A stretch of DNA of 64,000 bases from Candidatus Omnitrophota bacterium. Lineage in GTDB: Bacteria > Omnitrophota > Gorgyraeia > Gygaellales > Profunditerraquicolaceae. Position 1 is the first letter of the stretch. Every line of letters starts with the position of its first letter. Below the pieces are notes generated by a model. The model saw only the letters and a program-made list of their open reading frames with translations, had not been told where the DNA came from and searched no databases. Where the stretch lies: assembly GCA_043813255.1 (NCBI GenBank), contig JBDRLG010000126.1:2882-66881 (forward strand), read 5' to 3'. The position numbers and the translations under genes were made by a program. Positions 1-8,192 of the stretch are shown one piece after another.

Positions 1-883
1 TTTCCAAAGGCGCGAATAAACTGCGCGATAATAGATCGCATATTATCATGAATATCGCGGCAGCTATGCAGGATATAGGAATTAAAATCCTGTGATTTGG
101 CCCTACAATCAGGCGCATAATATGGGGAATAATTAGTCCTACAAAACCAATTACTCCTGATATACATACAATACTCGCGGTAATTAAAGATGTAGCAAAA
201 AATAAGATTTTTTTTACTGTTTCAGTATTTATGCCCAAATGAACAGCTTCTTCTTCTCCTATGCTTATCGCGTTTAAATCTTGAGAGAATATATATATTA
301 TAGTAATTCCAACAAAGACAATTACACTTACAATAAGAATAAGGCGCAGGTCATATACCTGAAGGCTTCCCCATAACCACCATGTTATACTGTGCAGGGT
401 TTCACTATTGGATATAGAAATCAGGAAAATAAGTAATCCTGACAGCGCTATTGAGATTACTACCCCGGAAAGAATAAGCGACTGCGCAGGGACTTTGTTT
501 GCCTGCCGCGATATATTATATACTAAGATAATGGTTAATATCGCGCCTGTAAATGCCGCTAATGGAAGATAAATAGTAAATATCCCTGTTAATATCGCTA
601 TTAGCGCGCCTAAACCCGCGCCGCTTGAAATTCCCAATAAATAAGGTTCAGCAAGGGGGTTTCTTAGAATTGCCTGCAGGGCTATCCCTGATACAGTTAA
701 TCCGCTGCCTACTACTATTGCTAAAAAAACACGCAGGATTCTTAAAGATAGGATATTTCGGTTGTTTTCACGCAGTAATTCTGCTATTGGAATATTACAG
801 GAGCCGTTAATTACTCCTATAAAAATGGCAATAAGTAATAATATTATTAGTATAAAGATTTTAATCGTAAAACTTCTATTCAT
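1..883 (-). CDS. btuC: Cobalamin/iron-chelate ABC permease (BtuC/FecCD family), runs off the window start
   Basis: Not in the ORF track. Manual translation from ATG at 883 gives MNRSFTIKIF...QAILRNPLAEPYLLGISSGAGLGA...SGVIGFVGLIIPHIMRLIVGPNHR, the FecCD signatures. Overlaps the btuF stop. Confidence 0.9.
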   Translation of the reverse strand, partial: MNRSFTIKIFILIILLLIAIFIGVINGSCNIPIAELLRENNRNILSLRILRVFLAIVVGSGLTVSGIALQAILRNPLAEPYLLGISSGAGLGALIAILTGIFTIYLPLAAFTGAILTIILVYNISRQANKVPAQSLILSGVVISIALSGLLIFLISISNSETLHSITWWLWGSLQVYDLRLILIVSVIVFVGITIIYIFSQDLNAISIGEEEAVHLGINTETVKKILFFATSLITASIVCISGVIGFVGLIIPHIMRLIVGPNHRILIPISCIAAAIFMIICDLLSRSLFAPLE

Positions 884-1766
884 TTTTTTCTTTTGGCGGT
901 TTCTTTGGATACAGCCGGGCGTGTATTTGTTTTAAGCCCTCTGTTAATCTCGGGCCCGGCCTTAAAAATAAGTCGGTATTTATATCGTTGTAAATCCGGT
1001 TATTTCTTACCGCTGGTATATTTTCCCATCCAAAACGGCCGGCAATTAATTTTATAGGCGTTTCTTTTTGCATGTAGCCGATAATAATACAGTCGGGTTT
1101 GCGTTCTATTACTGTTTCGGCGTTAAAGGAACTGTAAGTCTTTTTGGTATCATAGGCGATATTAATTCCTCCTGCTAAGGTAATTAATTCATTAATAAAA
1201 GAATTTTTTCCGGCGGCCATTAAAGGTTTGTTCCATATTTCCACAAACACTTTTGGCCTTGATTCCTCAGGAATATTTTTTATTGATGAATTGACTGTTT
1301 CAATATCATTTTGCATTTTTTGTATAAGTATTTCAGCATTTTTTTGTTTATTTGTAAGAGAACCAATTTCTCGTATAGATTCAAATAATTCTTTAATATT
1401 AGCAGGGGCATTGATATAAACCGAGAGTTTCAATTCTTTTAATTTTTGGGCAATAACAGATTGTTTAAGCCCTGTGCAAAAAATCAGGTCTGGTTTTAAG
1501 AAGATGATTTTTTCTATATCAGGACAGCTGAATGTCCCTATTTTTTCTTTATGCTTTGTTTGTTGGGGATAATTACAGAGTGAACTTATCCCTATAATTT
1601 CTTTCTCTAACCCAAGAGCAAATAATATTTCCGTGGTAGAAGGAGCAAGAGAAATTATCCTTAAACTTTCAGTAATCGGCTGGTTTTTATAATCCGCATA
1701 CGCCTGTTTAACCTGAGAACAAAGAAGTGAAAAAATAACAATAAAAATGTATTTTTTTGATAGCAT
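876..1766 (-). CDS. btuF: Cobalamin-binding periplasmic protein (BtuF-like)
   Basis: Signal peptide, RIISLAPSTTEILFALG, PDIEKIIFLKPDL, RPGPRL; lies downstream of a B12 riboswitch. Confidence 0.88.
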   Translation of the reverse strand: MLSKKYIFIVIFSLLCSQVKQAYADYKNQPITESLRIISLAPSTTEILFALGLEKEIIGISSLCNYPQQTKHKEKIGTFSCPDIEKIIFLKPDLIFCTGLKQSVIAQKLKELKLSVYINAPANIKELFESIREIGSLTNKQKNAEILIQKMQNDIETVNSSIKNIPEESRPKVFVEIWNKPLMAAGKNSFINELITLAGGINIAYDTKKTYSSFNAETVIERKPDCIIIGYMQKETPIKLIAGRFGWENIPAVRNNRIYNDINTDLFLRPGPRLTEGLKQIHARLYPKKPPKEKNE

Positions 1767-1781
1767 AGTAAATTGTATTTT

Positions 1782-1833
1782 ACCCCGATGTCGCTTCCCG
1801 ATGCTTCGATCGGGACAGGTCGCTCTTCGGGGT
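1782..1833. repeat. GC-rich nested palindrome in the btuF leader
   Basis: Outer stem ACCCCGA...TCGGGGT; inner stem TCCCGAT-6nt-ATCGGGA flanked by two GTCGCT copies. Confidence 0.6.
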
Positions 1834-1861
1834 CAAGTAAAATCCTTACGGATTTTCCTTG

Positions 1862-1910
1862 AAAATAAAAACCCCGATTATAGTACTTTTACAGCACTAT
1901 CTTCGGGGTT
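1862..1910 (-). terminator. Intrinsic terminator (likely riboswitch expression platform)
   Basis: Minus strand AACCCCGA-AG-ATAGTGCT-GTAAA-AGTACTAT-AA-TCGGGGTT followed by TTTATTTT. Confidence 0.75.
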
Positions 1911-1953
1911 GCACCCTGTTTAAACTATGGCCCTTTCCGCGCGGAAATATTTA

Positions 1954-2100
1954 TATAGGTTTGAGGTATTCTGACTTAAGGTTTCTATCTACTTACCGCG
2001 CCTTCCCGCCTTTTGGGCAGTGGCTTTATTTACGGCTTTCGTCTTCCTTTACAGCAGCGGGAACTGTGTCCGATTTCAACGGCCTTCCCTAAACCTATTA
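1954..2100 (-). ncRNA. Cobalamin riboswitch
   Basis: Minus strand ATAGGTTT-AGGGAA...CCGTTGAAATCGG...CAGTTCCCGCTGCTGTAA...GCCACTG...GGGAAGG...AAGTCAGAATACCT...AAACCTAT; closing stem pairs; upstream of btuF. Confidence 0.92.
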
Positions 2101-2123
2101 TATAATTGTTTTGTATAAAGCTA

Positions 2124-2152
2124 ATAATAATTCTAAATTTTTAGTTTGTCAA
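2124..2152 (-). promoter_or_regulatory. Sigma70-type promoter for the riboswitch/btu operon
   Basis: TTGACA (2152-2147), 17-nt spacer, TATTAT (2129-2124). Confidence 0.7.
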
Positions 2153-2164
2153 GGAAAATCCGCT

Positions 2165-2668
2165 TTAATACTCAATCCCTTTTCTTGCTTTTAAATTCTT
2201 ATTATAATAATGCTTTTTGTCTTCTATATAGCTTACCAAATCAGCGGATTTAATGATTTTATCATGAGCGTGGCGGCCGGTTAAGACCATTTCTGTTTTT
2301 TTAGGGGTACTTTTGATAATATCTAAAACATCATTTAGTTCTATGAGCTTAAAATGTAACGCCACATTGATTTCATCAAGAATTATTAAGTCATAGCGGT
2401 TATCTAAAATCGCTTTTCTTACTTTCTCCAGCCCTTTATTGGCTGATTCCATGTCTTTTTTGTTGGGTTTACGGTTAATGAAACATCCTCTGCCAAATTG
2501 TTCAATTGTTATATTTTTAATTTTTTTTAATATTTTTATTTCGCTGTAACAGCCTTTTTTTATGAATTGTCCTATATACACTTTCAAACCCGCGCCAGCC
2601 GCCCTTAAAGCCAGCCCTAAGCTTGCTGTTGTTTTGCCTTTCCCATTACCCGTGTATACTTGTATCAT
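2165..2668 (-). CDS. cobO: Cob(I)alamin adenosyltransferase (CobO/BtuR family)
   Basis: VYTGNGKGKTTA, QFIK, ILDEI, LTGR, ARKGIEY. Confidence 0.95.
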   Translation of the reverse strand: MIQVYTGNGKGKTTASLGLALRAAGAGLKVYIGQFIKKGCYSEIKILKKIKNITIEQFGRGCFINRKPNKKDMESANKGLEKVRKAILDNRYDLIILDEINVALHFKLIELNDVLDIIKSTPKKTEMVLTGRHAHDKIIKSADLVSYIEDKKHYYNKNLKARKGIEY

Positions 2669-2682
2669 TTTATTAAATTCTT

Positions 2683-3264
2683 TTAAATGGTCAGTAAAAA
2701 AGCAGGAATTCTATGGTAGCCGCAAGCTTTAGCTTGCGTTTTATAACGCAGGCTGAAGCCTGCGGCTACCGGCTTTGATATTGCTTTATAGCCATTTATA
2801 CTCATAACGCATATTGCTGAAACAATAATGCCCGCGATAATAACTCCTGCTCCTATTGCCAACAGCGCGTTACGGAAGCGTATTTTAAATAAAGTAGCCG
2901 CCACTACTCCTGTCCATGCTCCAGTCATAGGCAGGGGGATAGCTACTAATAGTATTAATCCTAAAGTTTCGTATTTTTGTACTGTAGCTGCTTTTTTTTG
3001 GGTACGTTTAAACAGCCAGTCAAAAAATTTTGCCCATATTTTAAATTTCCTAAGGCGGGTAGAAATAGGCTCAAAAAGAAAAAGAGCAGGTATTATTATT
3101 GCCATATTTCCTATAACTGCCAGCAAAAATGCTTTTGTTACGGGCATTCCAAAAGATAATCCTAAAGGTATTGCTCCCCTTAATTCTGAGATTGGCAGGG
3201 CGCCAAGAATCATTATTAAATATTCTTTAGGTATGTCTTTAAGCCAATGAATTAGAATATCCAC
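2683..3264 (-). CDS. COG2426 small multidrug-export family membrane protein with REP-derived C-terminal tail
   Basis: LPISELRGAIP and VAIPLPMTGAWTG motifs. Confidence 0.85.
   Translation of the reverse strand: MDILIHWLKDIPKEYLIMILGALPISELRGAIPLGLSFGMPVTKAFLLAVIGNMAIIIPALFLFEPISTRLRKFKIWAKFFDWLFKRTQKKAATVQKYETLGLILLVAIPLPMTGAWTGVVAATLFKIRFRNALLAIGAGVIIAGIIVSAICVMSINGYKAISKPVAAGFSLRYKTQAKACGYHRIPAFLLTI
2715..2770. repeat. GTAG-type REP doublet (REPIN-like) inside a CDS
   Basis: GGTAGCCGCAAGCTTTAGCTTGCG-TTTTATAA-CGCAGGCTGAAGCCTGCGGCTACC: two inverted GTAG+hairpin units. Confidence 0.8.
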
Positions 3265-3280
3265 GTTTTCTTAATCCTTT

Positions 3281-3925
3281 CTAATCGCTTTTTATCCCAT
3301 ATTTTCCAAGCAAAGGAACAAACATGCATCCACAAATATCAGTTGTTATAATTTTACCTTGTTTTTTTTCTGCCAGAGTCAGCATTTGCCCTAAATTTAG
3401 CCCTAAAGGGAGGACAATTTTTCCGCCTTCCTTTAATTGGCCTATTAGAGGTAAAGGTATTCTTGGGCAGGCAGCAGTAATAATTATTCTGTCAAAAGGC
3501 GCTGCCTCTTCCCATCCTAAACTGCCATCGCCTAATTTTGTTTTTATATTTTTATAGCAGAGTTCTTTAAACAAATTTTCTGCTTTTTCCAGAAGATCCT
3601 TGAATCTTTCAATAGTATATACTTCTTGGGCCAACTCAGCTAATATTACGGTTTGATATCCGGAGCCGGTTCCGATTTCTAAGACTTTTTCTTTGCCGGT
3701 TAAACCTAAGGAATCGGTCATTAAAGCCACTATATAAGGCTGTGATATGGTTTGGCCTTCTCCTATAGGTAATGGATAGTCCGCGTAAGCGCTGGCTGTT
3801 AATTCTGCAGGTAGAAATTTATGCCGCTCTACTTTTTTAAAAACATCTAAAACTTGTTTATTACTTATGCCGCGGGAGAAAATTTGTTCTTCTACCATTC
3901 TTTCTCTGAGAATTTTTAAATCCAT
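3281..3925 (-). CDS. pcm: Protein-L-isoaspartate O-methyltransferase
   Basis: GQTISQPY, VLEIGTGSGYQ, APFDRIIITAA, FVPL. Confidence 0.95.
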   Translation of the reverse strand: MDLKILRERMVEEQIFSRGISNKQVLDVFKKVERHKFLPAELTASAYADYPLPIGEGQTISQPYIVALMTDSLGLTGKEKVLEIGTGSGYQTVILAELAQEVYTIERFKDLLEKAENLFKELCYKNIKTKLGDGSLGWEEAAPFDRIIITAACPRIPLPLIGQLKEGGKIVLPLGLNLGQMLTLAEKKQGKIITTDICGCMFVPLLGKYGIKSD

Positions 3926-3945
3926 GGCAAATAGAACTTAAAAGG

Positions 3946-4608
3946 TTATTTGAATATATTTTTAGAAATAAATTTTATAAATCTAATAGTATCCAGAATA
4001 GGGTTTATTTTACTTTTTTCTCCCCTATATATGGTATTAACAGGTATGGATTCTATTTTGAATCCTAAACGGGAAGCTTTAATTAATAATTCCGATTCAG
4101 TCTCAAATTTAGCGGTATCAAATTTTATTTTTTCCAGAACCTCTTTTTTTATTAAACGGAATCCGCATTGAGAATCAGGAATATTTTGTTTGGCAATAAG
4201 CGATATCAGCCAAGACATAAATTTATTAGTGATGAATCTTATTTTGGGCATATTTTTGGGTTTGCTCATGCGGTTGCCGATAAAAATAGAACTGGTGGAA
4301 TATTTAGCCAAACGGGTAAAATAAGAGATGTCATTAGGATCATGCTGTCCATCCGCATCCATACTAATTACAGCATCAAAACCTTTAGATAATGCGTAAT
4401 TAAAACCTGCGCATAGAGATATCCCTTTGCCTTTATTTTCAGGGTTTACCAGAACAACCGCGTTATTATTTTGAGCTATTTTAGCAGTATTATCAATAGA
4501 GCCATCATCAATGATTAAAATATCCAAATTAAGTTGTTTTATTCCTTGTATTAAAGAAGCTATAGTTTTACTTTCATTATATGCGGGTATAATTACGCAA
4601 ATTTTCAT
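3946..4608 (-). CDS. GT2 glycosyltransferase, DPM1/polyprenol-phosphate-sugar synthase-like
   Basis: IIPAYNE, DDGS, MDADGQHDP, DSQCGFR; start moved to MKICV (ATGA overlap). Confidence 0.88.
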   Translation of the reverse strand: MKICVIIPAYNESKTIASLIQGIKQLNLDILIIDDGSIDNTAKIAQNNNAVVLVNPENKGKGISLCAGFNYALSKGFDAVISMDADGQHDPNDISYFTRLAKYSTSSIFIGNRMSKPKNMPKIRFITNKFMSWLISLIAKQNIPDSQCGFRLIKKEVLEKIKFDTAKFETESELLIKASRLGFKIESIPVNTIYRGEKSKINPILDTIRFIKFISKNIFK

Positions 4609-5471
4609 GATATCCAAAATCGTTTAAACATATACCATTGGTCAGGGTATTTTCGGATATAGTTTTCAAATATAACGTTATAACTATTGATGATTTTTAA
4701 TAAGTCAGCTTCATTTTTATCCGAATTGCCTGATTTTTCTGGATAGATAGGTTTTTCTATTCTTAAGGTAAATGTATCATCGGGATTCCTAACCATAAAT
4801 CCGGGAATAATACAAGTATTTGTTTTTAAAGAGAATGCCGCAGGGCCTAAAGGGAAAAGAGTTTTTTTACCAAAAAAATCAATTATAACTCCTTTTTCAC
4901 TGAAGTCTCTGTCTCCTACCAATGCCAGAAGCTTATTTTCTTTTAAGAGATTCAGGCATTGCCGGGCGGCCTTCCCAAAAGGAATAACCTGTATTCCTTT
5001 GCTTCCCCTCTGGTGGTTAAAAAAATCATCTACTTTCTTATTTTTATGCGGCAATGCCACTACCCATAAGGGGTATCCTAAAAGAGCAAGTATTATTCCT
5101 CCCAGTTCCCAGTTCCCTAGATGCGCCGTAAGGATAATTATGCCGTTGCCTTTTTTAATTTCCTGATCAAAATAGTGAAGGTTTTCTATATGGATATTTT
5201 TTTTGATACTTTCTAAGTCAAGTTTTGAAAACCTGAAAAAATCAACCAGGTATTTAGCGAAATTTCTAAACATTTTTCTGCGTATTGTATGAATTTCGCG
5301 GTTAGATTTATCAGGAAAAATAGTTTTCAGGTTGCCTTTTACTGCTTTTCTGTCCGAAAAAGAAATTATGTAGTTTAAATCGGAGATCAAGATTGCCAGT
5401 GTATAACCTAATTTTAGCGGCAGATTAAGGGAAATAAATTCTCCAATTCTGTATAATATATAATTAATCAT
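4605..5471 (-). CDS. Lipid acyltransferase, LpxL/PatA (Lip_A_acyltrans) family
   Basis: TAHLGNWE, LVGDRD, FFG, YPDQWYMFKRFW. Confidence 0.88.
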   Translation of the reverse strand: MINYILYRIGEFISLNLPLKLGYTLAILISDLNYIISFSDRKAVKGNLKTIFPDKSNREIHTIRRKMFRNFAKYLVDFFRFSKLDLESIKKNIHIENLHYFDQEIKKGNGIIILTAHLGNWELGGIILALLGYPLWVVALPHKNKKVDDFFNHQRGSKGIQVIPFGKAARQCLNLLKENKLLALVGDRDFSEKGVIIDFFGKKTLFPLGPAAFSLKTNTCIIPGFMVRNPDDTFTLRIEKPIYPEKSGNSDKNEADLLKIINSYNVIFENYIRKYPDQWYMFKRFWIS

Positions 5472-6588
5472 TAGATAAATTTATAAGATATTTCGCGATA
5501 TCAAAACTTGCATTGGGTTTACTGATTTTTTCAGCGGAATCCGCGAGATGGCTTAATTTTTCTCTGTGTAATAATAAATCTTCAATTACAAGATTTACTT
5601 TTTTCGGGTCGTCAATCTTTATAGCCGCTTGTTTTTCTATCAAATACGCGGTATTGCTTGTTTCTTGTCCGGGAATAGGCTTAACGATTATCATGGGTAA
5701 TTTTTTACTAAGGGCTTCAGCAGAAGTGATCCCGCCGGGTTTAGTAATTATAATATCAGAAATAGCCATAAATTCTTCGATTTTATTGGAGTATCCAAAA
5801 GGGATAATCTTTTTTTTGCTTTTTTTTGCTTTCTTTTTTAAAGCTTTAAAAAGTTTTTTATTAGTGCCTGTTACAATGATTTCTTGAATATTTAAGGACA
5901 TTTTTTCCAGGGAGTTGACAATTGTTTTAATCGGCCCCAGGCCCTGTCCGCCTCCCATTATTAAAATAGTAAGTATTTGAGGGTTTAGTCCTAATTGTTT
6001 AAGGATTGTTCCTTTTGGAATAACGTTATTGAATTTAGGATCAAAAGGTATCCCTAAAGAAAGCACTTTTTGAGGCTCTACGCCTTTGTTTATCAGGCGC
6101 TGGGATATTTCTTCTGAAGGTGTTATATAGTAATCAACTGTATTATAAACCCAGTAAGAATGGGGAATATAATCAGTAAGTATTCCCACAAGTGGAATCT
6201 TGCAATTAGAGGATCTTTTGAAATCAGCTACCATGCCGCAGGGGAAAGCCTGGGTACAGGCTATTACATCGGGTTTATAACTGTCAAACAGTTTTTTAAG
6301 CTTAGGTGAATTAAATTTATGAACAGTATTTTTGATTCTTGTAAGTTTTTTTGCGACTTTAGGGTTATCATATAAATAATCCCATATGCCGGGGGTAGCT
6401 TTTATTATTCCAATATACAGGCGGTTTATTATTTTTTCTGAAATAGGGTTAGTGTAATTAAAAGTATTAATATTTAATACTTTAGTATCAGGAGACAATG
6501 TTTTTATCGCGTTTTCTACGGCTATAGTCGCGCTATGATGTCCGGAAACCTCAGAAATATACATTAAAATAATCCGTTTTGCTGGCAT
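5464..6588 (-). CDS. UgtP/MGDG-synthase-like diacylglycerol glycosyltransferase (GT28)
   Basis: SGHHS, TDY..H..W, GIP, MGGGQG, TKPGGITSAEA, PIPGQE; start moved to MPAKR. Confidence 0.88.
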   Translation of the reverse strand: MPAKRIILMYISEVSGHHSATIAVENAIKTLSPDTKVLNINTFNYTNPISEKIINRLYIGIIKATPGIWDYLYDNPKVAKKLTRIKNTVHKFNSPKLKKLFDSYKPDVIACTQAFPCGMVADFKRSSNCKIPLVGILTDYIPHSYWVYNTVDYYITPSEEISQRLINKGVEPQKVLSLGIPFDPKFNNVIPKGTILKQLGLNPQILTILIMGGGQGLGPIKTIVNSLEKMSLNIQEIIVTGTNKKLFKALKKKAKKSKKKIIPFGYSNKIEEFMAISDIIITKPGGITSAEALSKKLPMIIVKPIPGQETSNTAYLIEKQAAIKIDDPKKVNLVIEDLLLHREKLSHLADSAEKISKPNASFDIAKYLINLSND

Positions 6589-6592
6589 AAGT

Positions 6593-7756
6593 TTAAGTTT
6601 TATTTTCTTGATAGAGTTCAAGGAAGGCTGAAACTACTTCTGGATTAAGTTGTTTGCCGTTGATCTCTTTAATTTGTTCAATAGCTTGTTCTTTAGAGAA
6701 GCCGTTACGGTATGGCCTGTCTGTAGTCATTGCGTCATAAGTATCTGCTACTGATATTATTGAAGCTATGAGAGGTATTTCATTGCCTTTTAGCCCTTCG
6801 GGATAACCAGAACCATCATAGTGCTCATGGTGGTATTTAACTCCCAAGATAGCATTTTTTAATTCTTTTATTGGTTGTAAAATCATTGCCCCTAATAAAG
6901 GGTGTTCTTGCATTTTAGCGCGTTCTGTATCAGTTAAAGGGCCTTGTTTATTTAATATAGATTCAGGAATTCCAATTTTTCCTATATCATGCAGTAATCC
7001 CGCTATATGAAGCTGTTCAAAAAAACTTTCGTTGAATATTTTTTCATTAGTTTGATAAAGTCTTTTGGCAATTTCTAAACTTAAAGATGTTACCCTTTCT
7101 GTATGCCCATGCGTGTAATGGTCTTTTGCGTCAATTGCCGCTGCCAGAGCTATAGTAGTATTAATAAAAAGATGTTGTTTTTTTTTCAGTTCCAGTTCTA
7201 ATTCATTAAAAAGCTGCGCGTTCTTTATCGCCATAGCTACGTCAGAAGCAAGGGCAGCAAAAAAATTCAGTTCATCTTCTTTGAAGTCTTTTGAATTTTT
7301 TTTCTTGCCAATCAGCAGAAGAGCTAAAAGATTATTCCTGTAATAACTGGGAATACATGCCACTGTATCAAAAATTTTCATCTGATGCAAAGCTTCGCTT
7401 AATACTTCCTTAGTTTCGTTATCAAAATTTTTGCGTAAAATCCTTTTTGCGTTGCTATAGAGTAAATAACTATTATTTAAAATCAGGTTATTATTTTTAT
7501 CCTGAAAGAGTTTAATAAGGGCATTATCTGTATCCATGCGGGCAAATCCCTGAGGTATTTTTAACCCGGCAGGGCCGCGGGAAACAGTTAATACATAGGA
7601 ATCTTTAATTGTATCATAGAGCAGTATACCAGCATGGCTTATTTTTACTTTTTGAATGAGCATGCGGATAATCAGTTTAATCAAAGTATCTGAATTATGT
7701 ACTAAGATCATTCTTTTAGCTGCTATTTCAAGCTCTTTTTTATAATTTAATGCCAT
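6593..7756 (-). CDS. GAF + HD-GYP phosphodiesterase (c-di-GMP)
   Basis: DAKDHYTHGH, LHDIGKIG, HHEHYDGSGYP, RPYR; N-terminal GAF-like region. Confidence 0.9.
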   Translation of the reverse strand: MALNYKKELEIAAKRMILVHNSDTLIKLIIRMLIQKVKISHAGILLYDTIKDSYVLTVSRGPAGLKIPQGFARMDTDNALIKLFQDKNNNLILNNSYLLYSNAKRILRKNFDNETKEVLSEALHQMKIFDTVACIPSYYRNNLLALLLIGKKKNSKDFKEDELNFFAALASDVAMAIKNAQLFNELELELKKKQHLFINTTIALAAAIDAKDHYTHGHTERVTSLSLEIAKRLYQTNEKIFNESFFEQLHIAGLLHDIGKIGIPESILNKQGPLTDTERAKMQEHPLLGAMILQPIKELKNAILGVKYHHEHYDGSGYPEGLKGNEIPLIASIISVADTYDAMTTDRPYRNGFSKEQAIEQIKEINGKQLNPEVVSAFLELYQENKT

Positions 7757-7771
7757 GTTAAAGATAAAAGA

Positions 7772-8137
7772 TTAATTGGTTATTTGGGATAGTACTATTT
7801 TTTCTAATTCGTCCAGTTCTAGAGGTTTATGAATATAGTCGAGAGCCCCCAATTCTTTGCATTTGATAAAGGCATTTTCTTCTTCAGGTTTTCTGCCAGT
7901 TACCATAATGACTTTTATTTCATTGCTTTTTTGTTTTATCTGGCGTAAGGTTTCAATCCCATCAATTCCTTCCATTTTTATATCTAGTAAGACTAGTTGA
8001 GGTATTTCTTTTTCAATCAGGTTTAACGCTTCTTCTCCGCTAGACGCGGTTGTCACGCTGATTTTTCTTTTTTTAAAATAATTCGCGGCGAATTCCCTGA
8101 TATCTACTTCATCATCAACTATTAATAGTTTAGTCAT
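7772..8137 (-). CDS. Single-domain response regulator
   Basis: LLIVDDE, LLDIKM, MVTG, IHKP. Confidence 0.93.
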   Translation of the reverse strand: MTKLLIVDDEVDIREFAANYFKKRKISVTTASSGEEALNLIEKEIPQLVLLDIKMEGIDGIETLRQIKQKSNEIKVIMVTGRKPEEENAFIKCKELGALDYIHKPLELDELEKIVLSQITN

Positions 8138-8192
8138 GGGGTCTCCTTAATGTAATAATTGGTAATAGACTGTTTCATATTCTTAATGGATA

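Noticed and set aside
1859-2092. 77-aa plus-strand ORF
   Set aside because: Antisense to the cobalamin riboswitch; spurious
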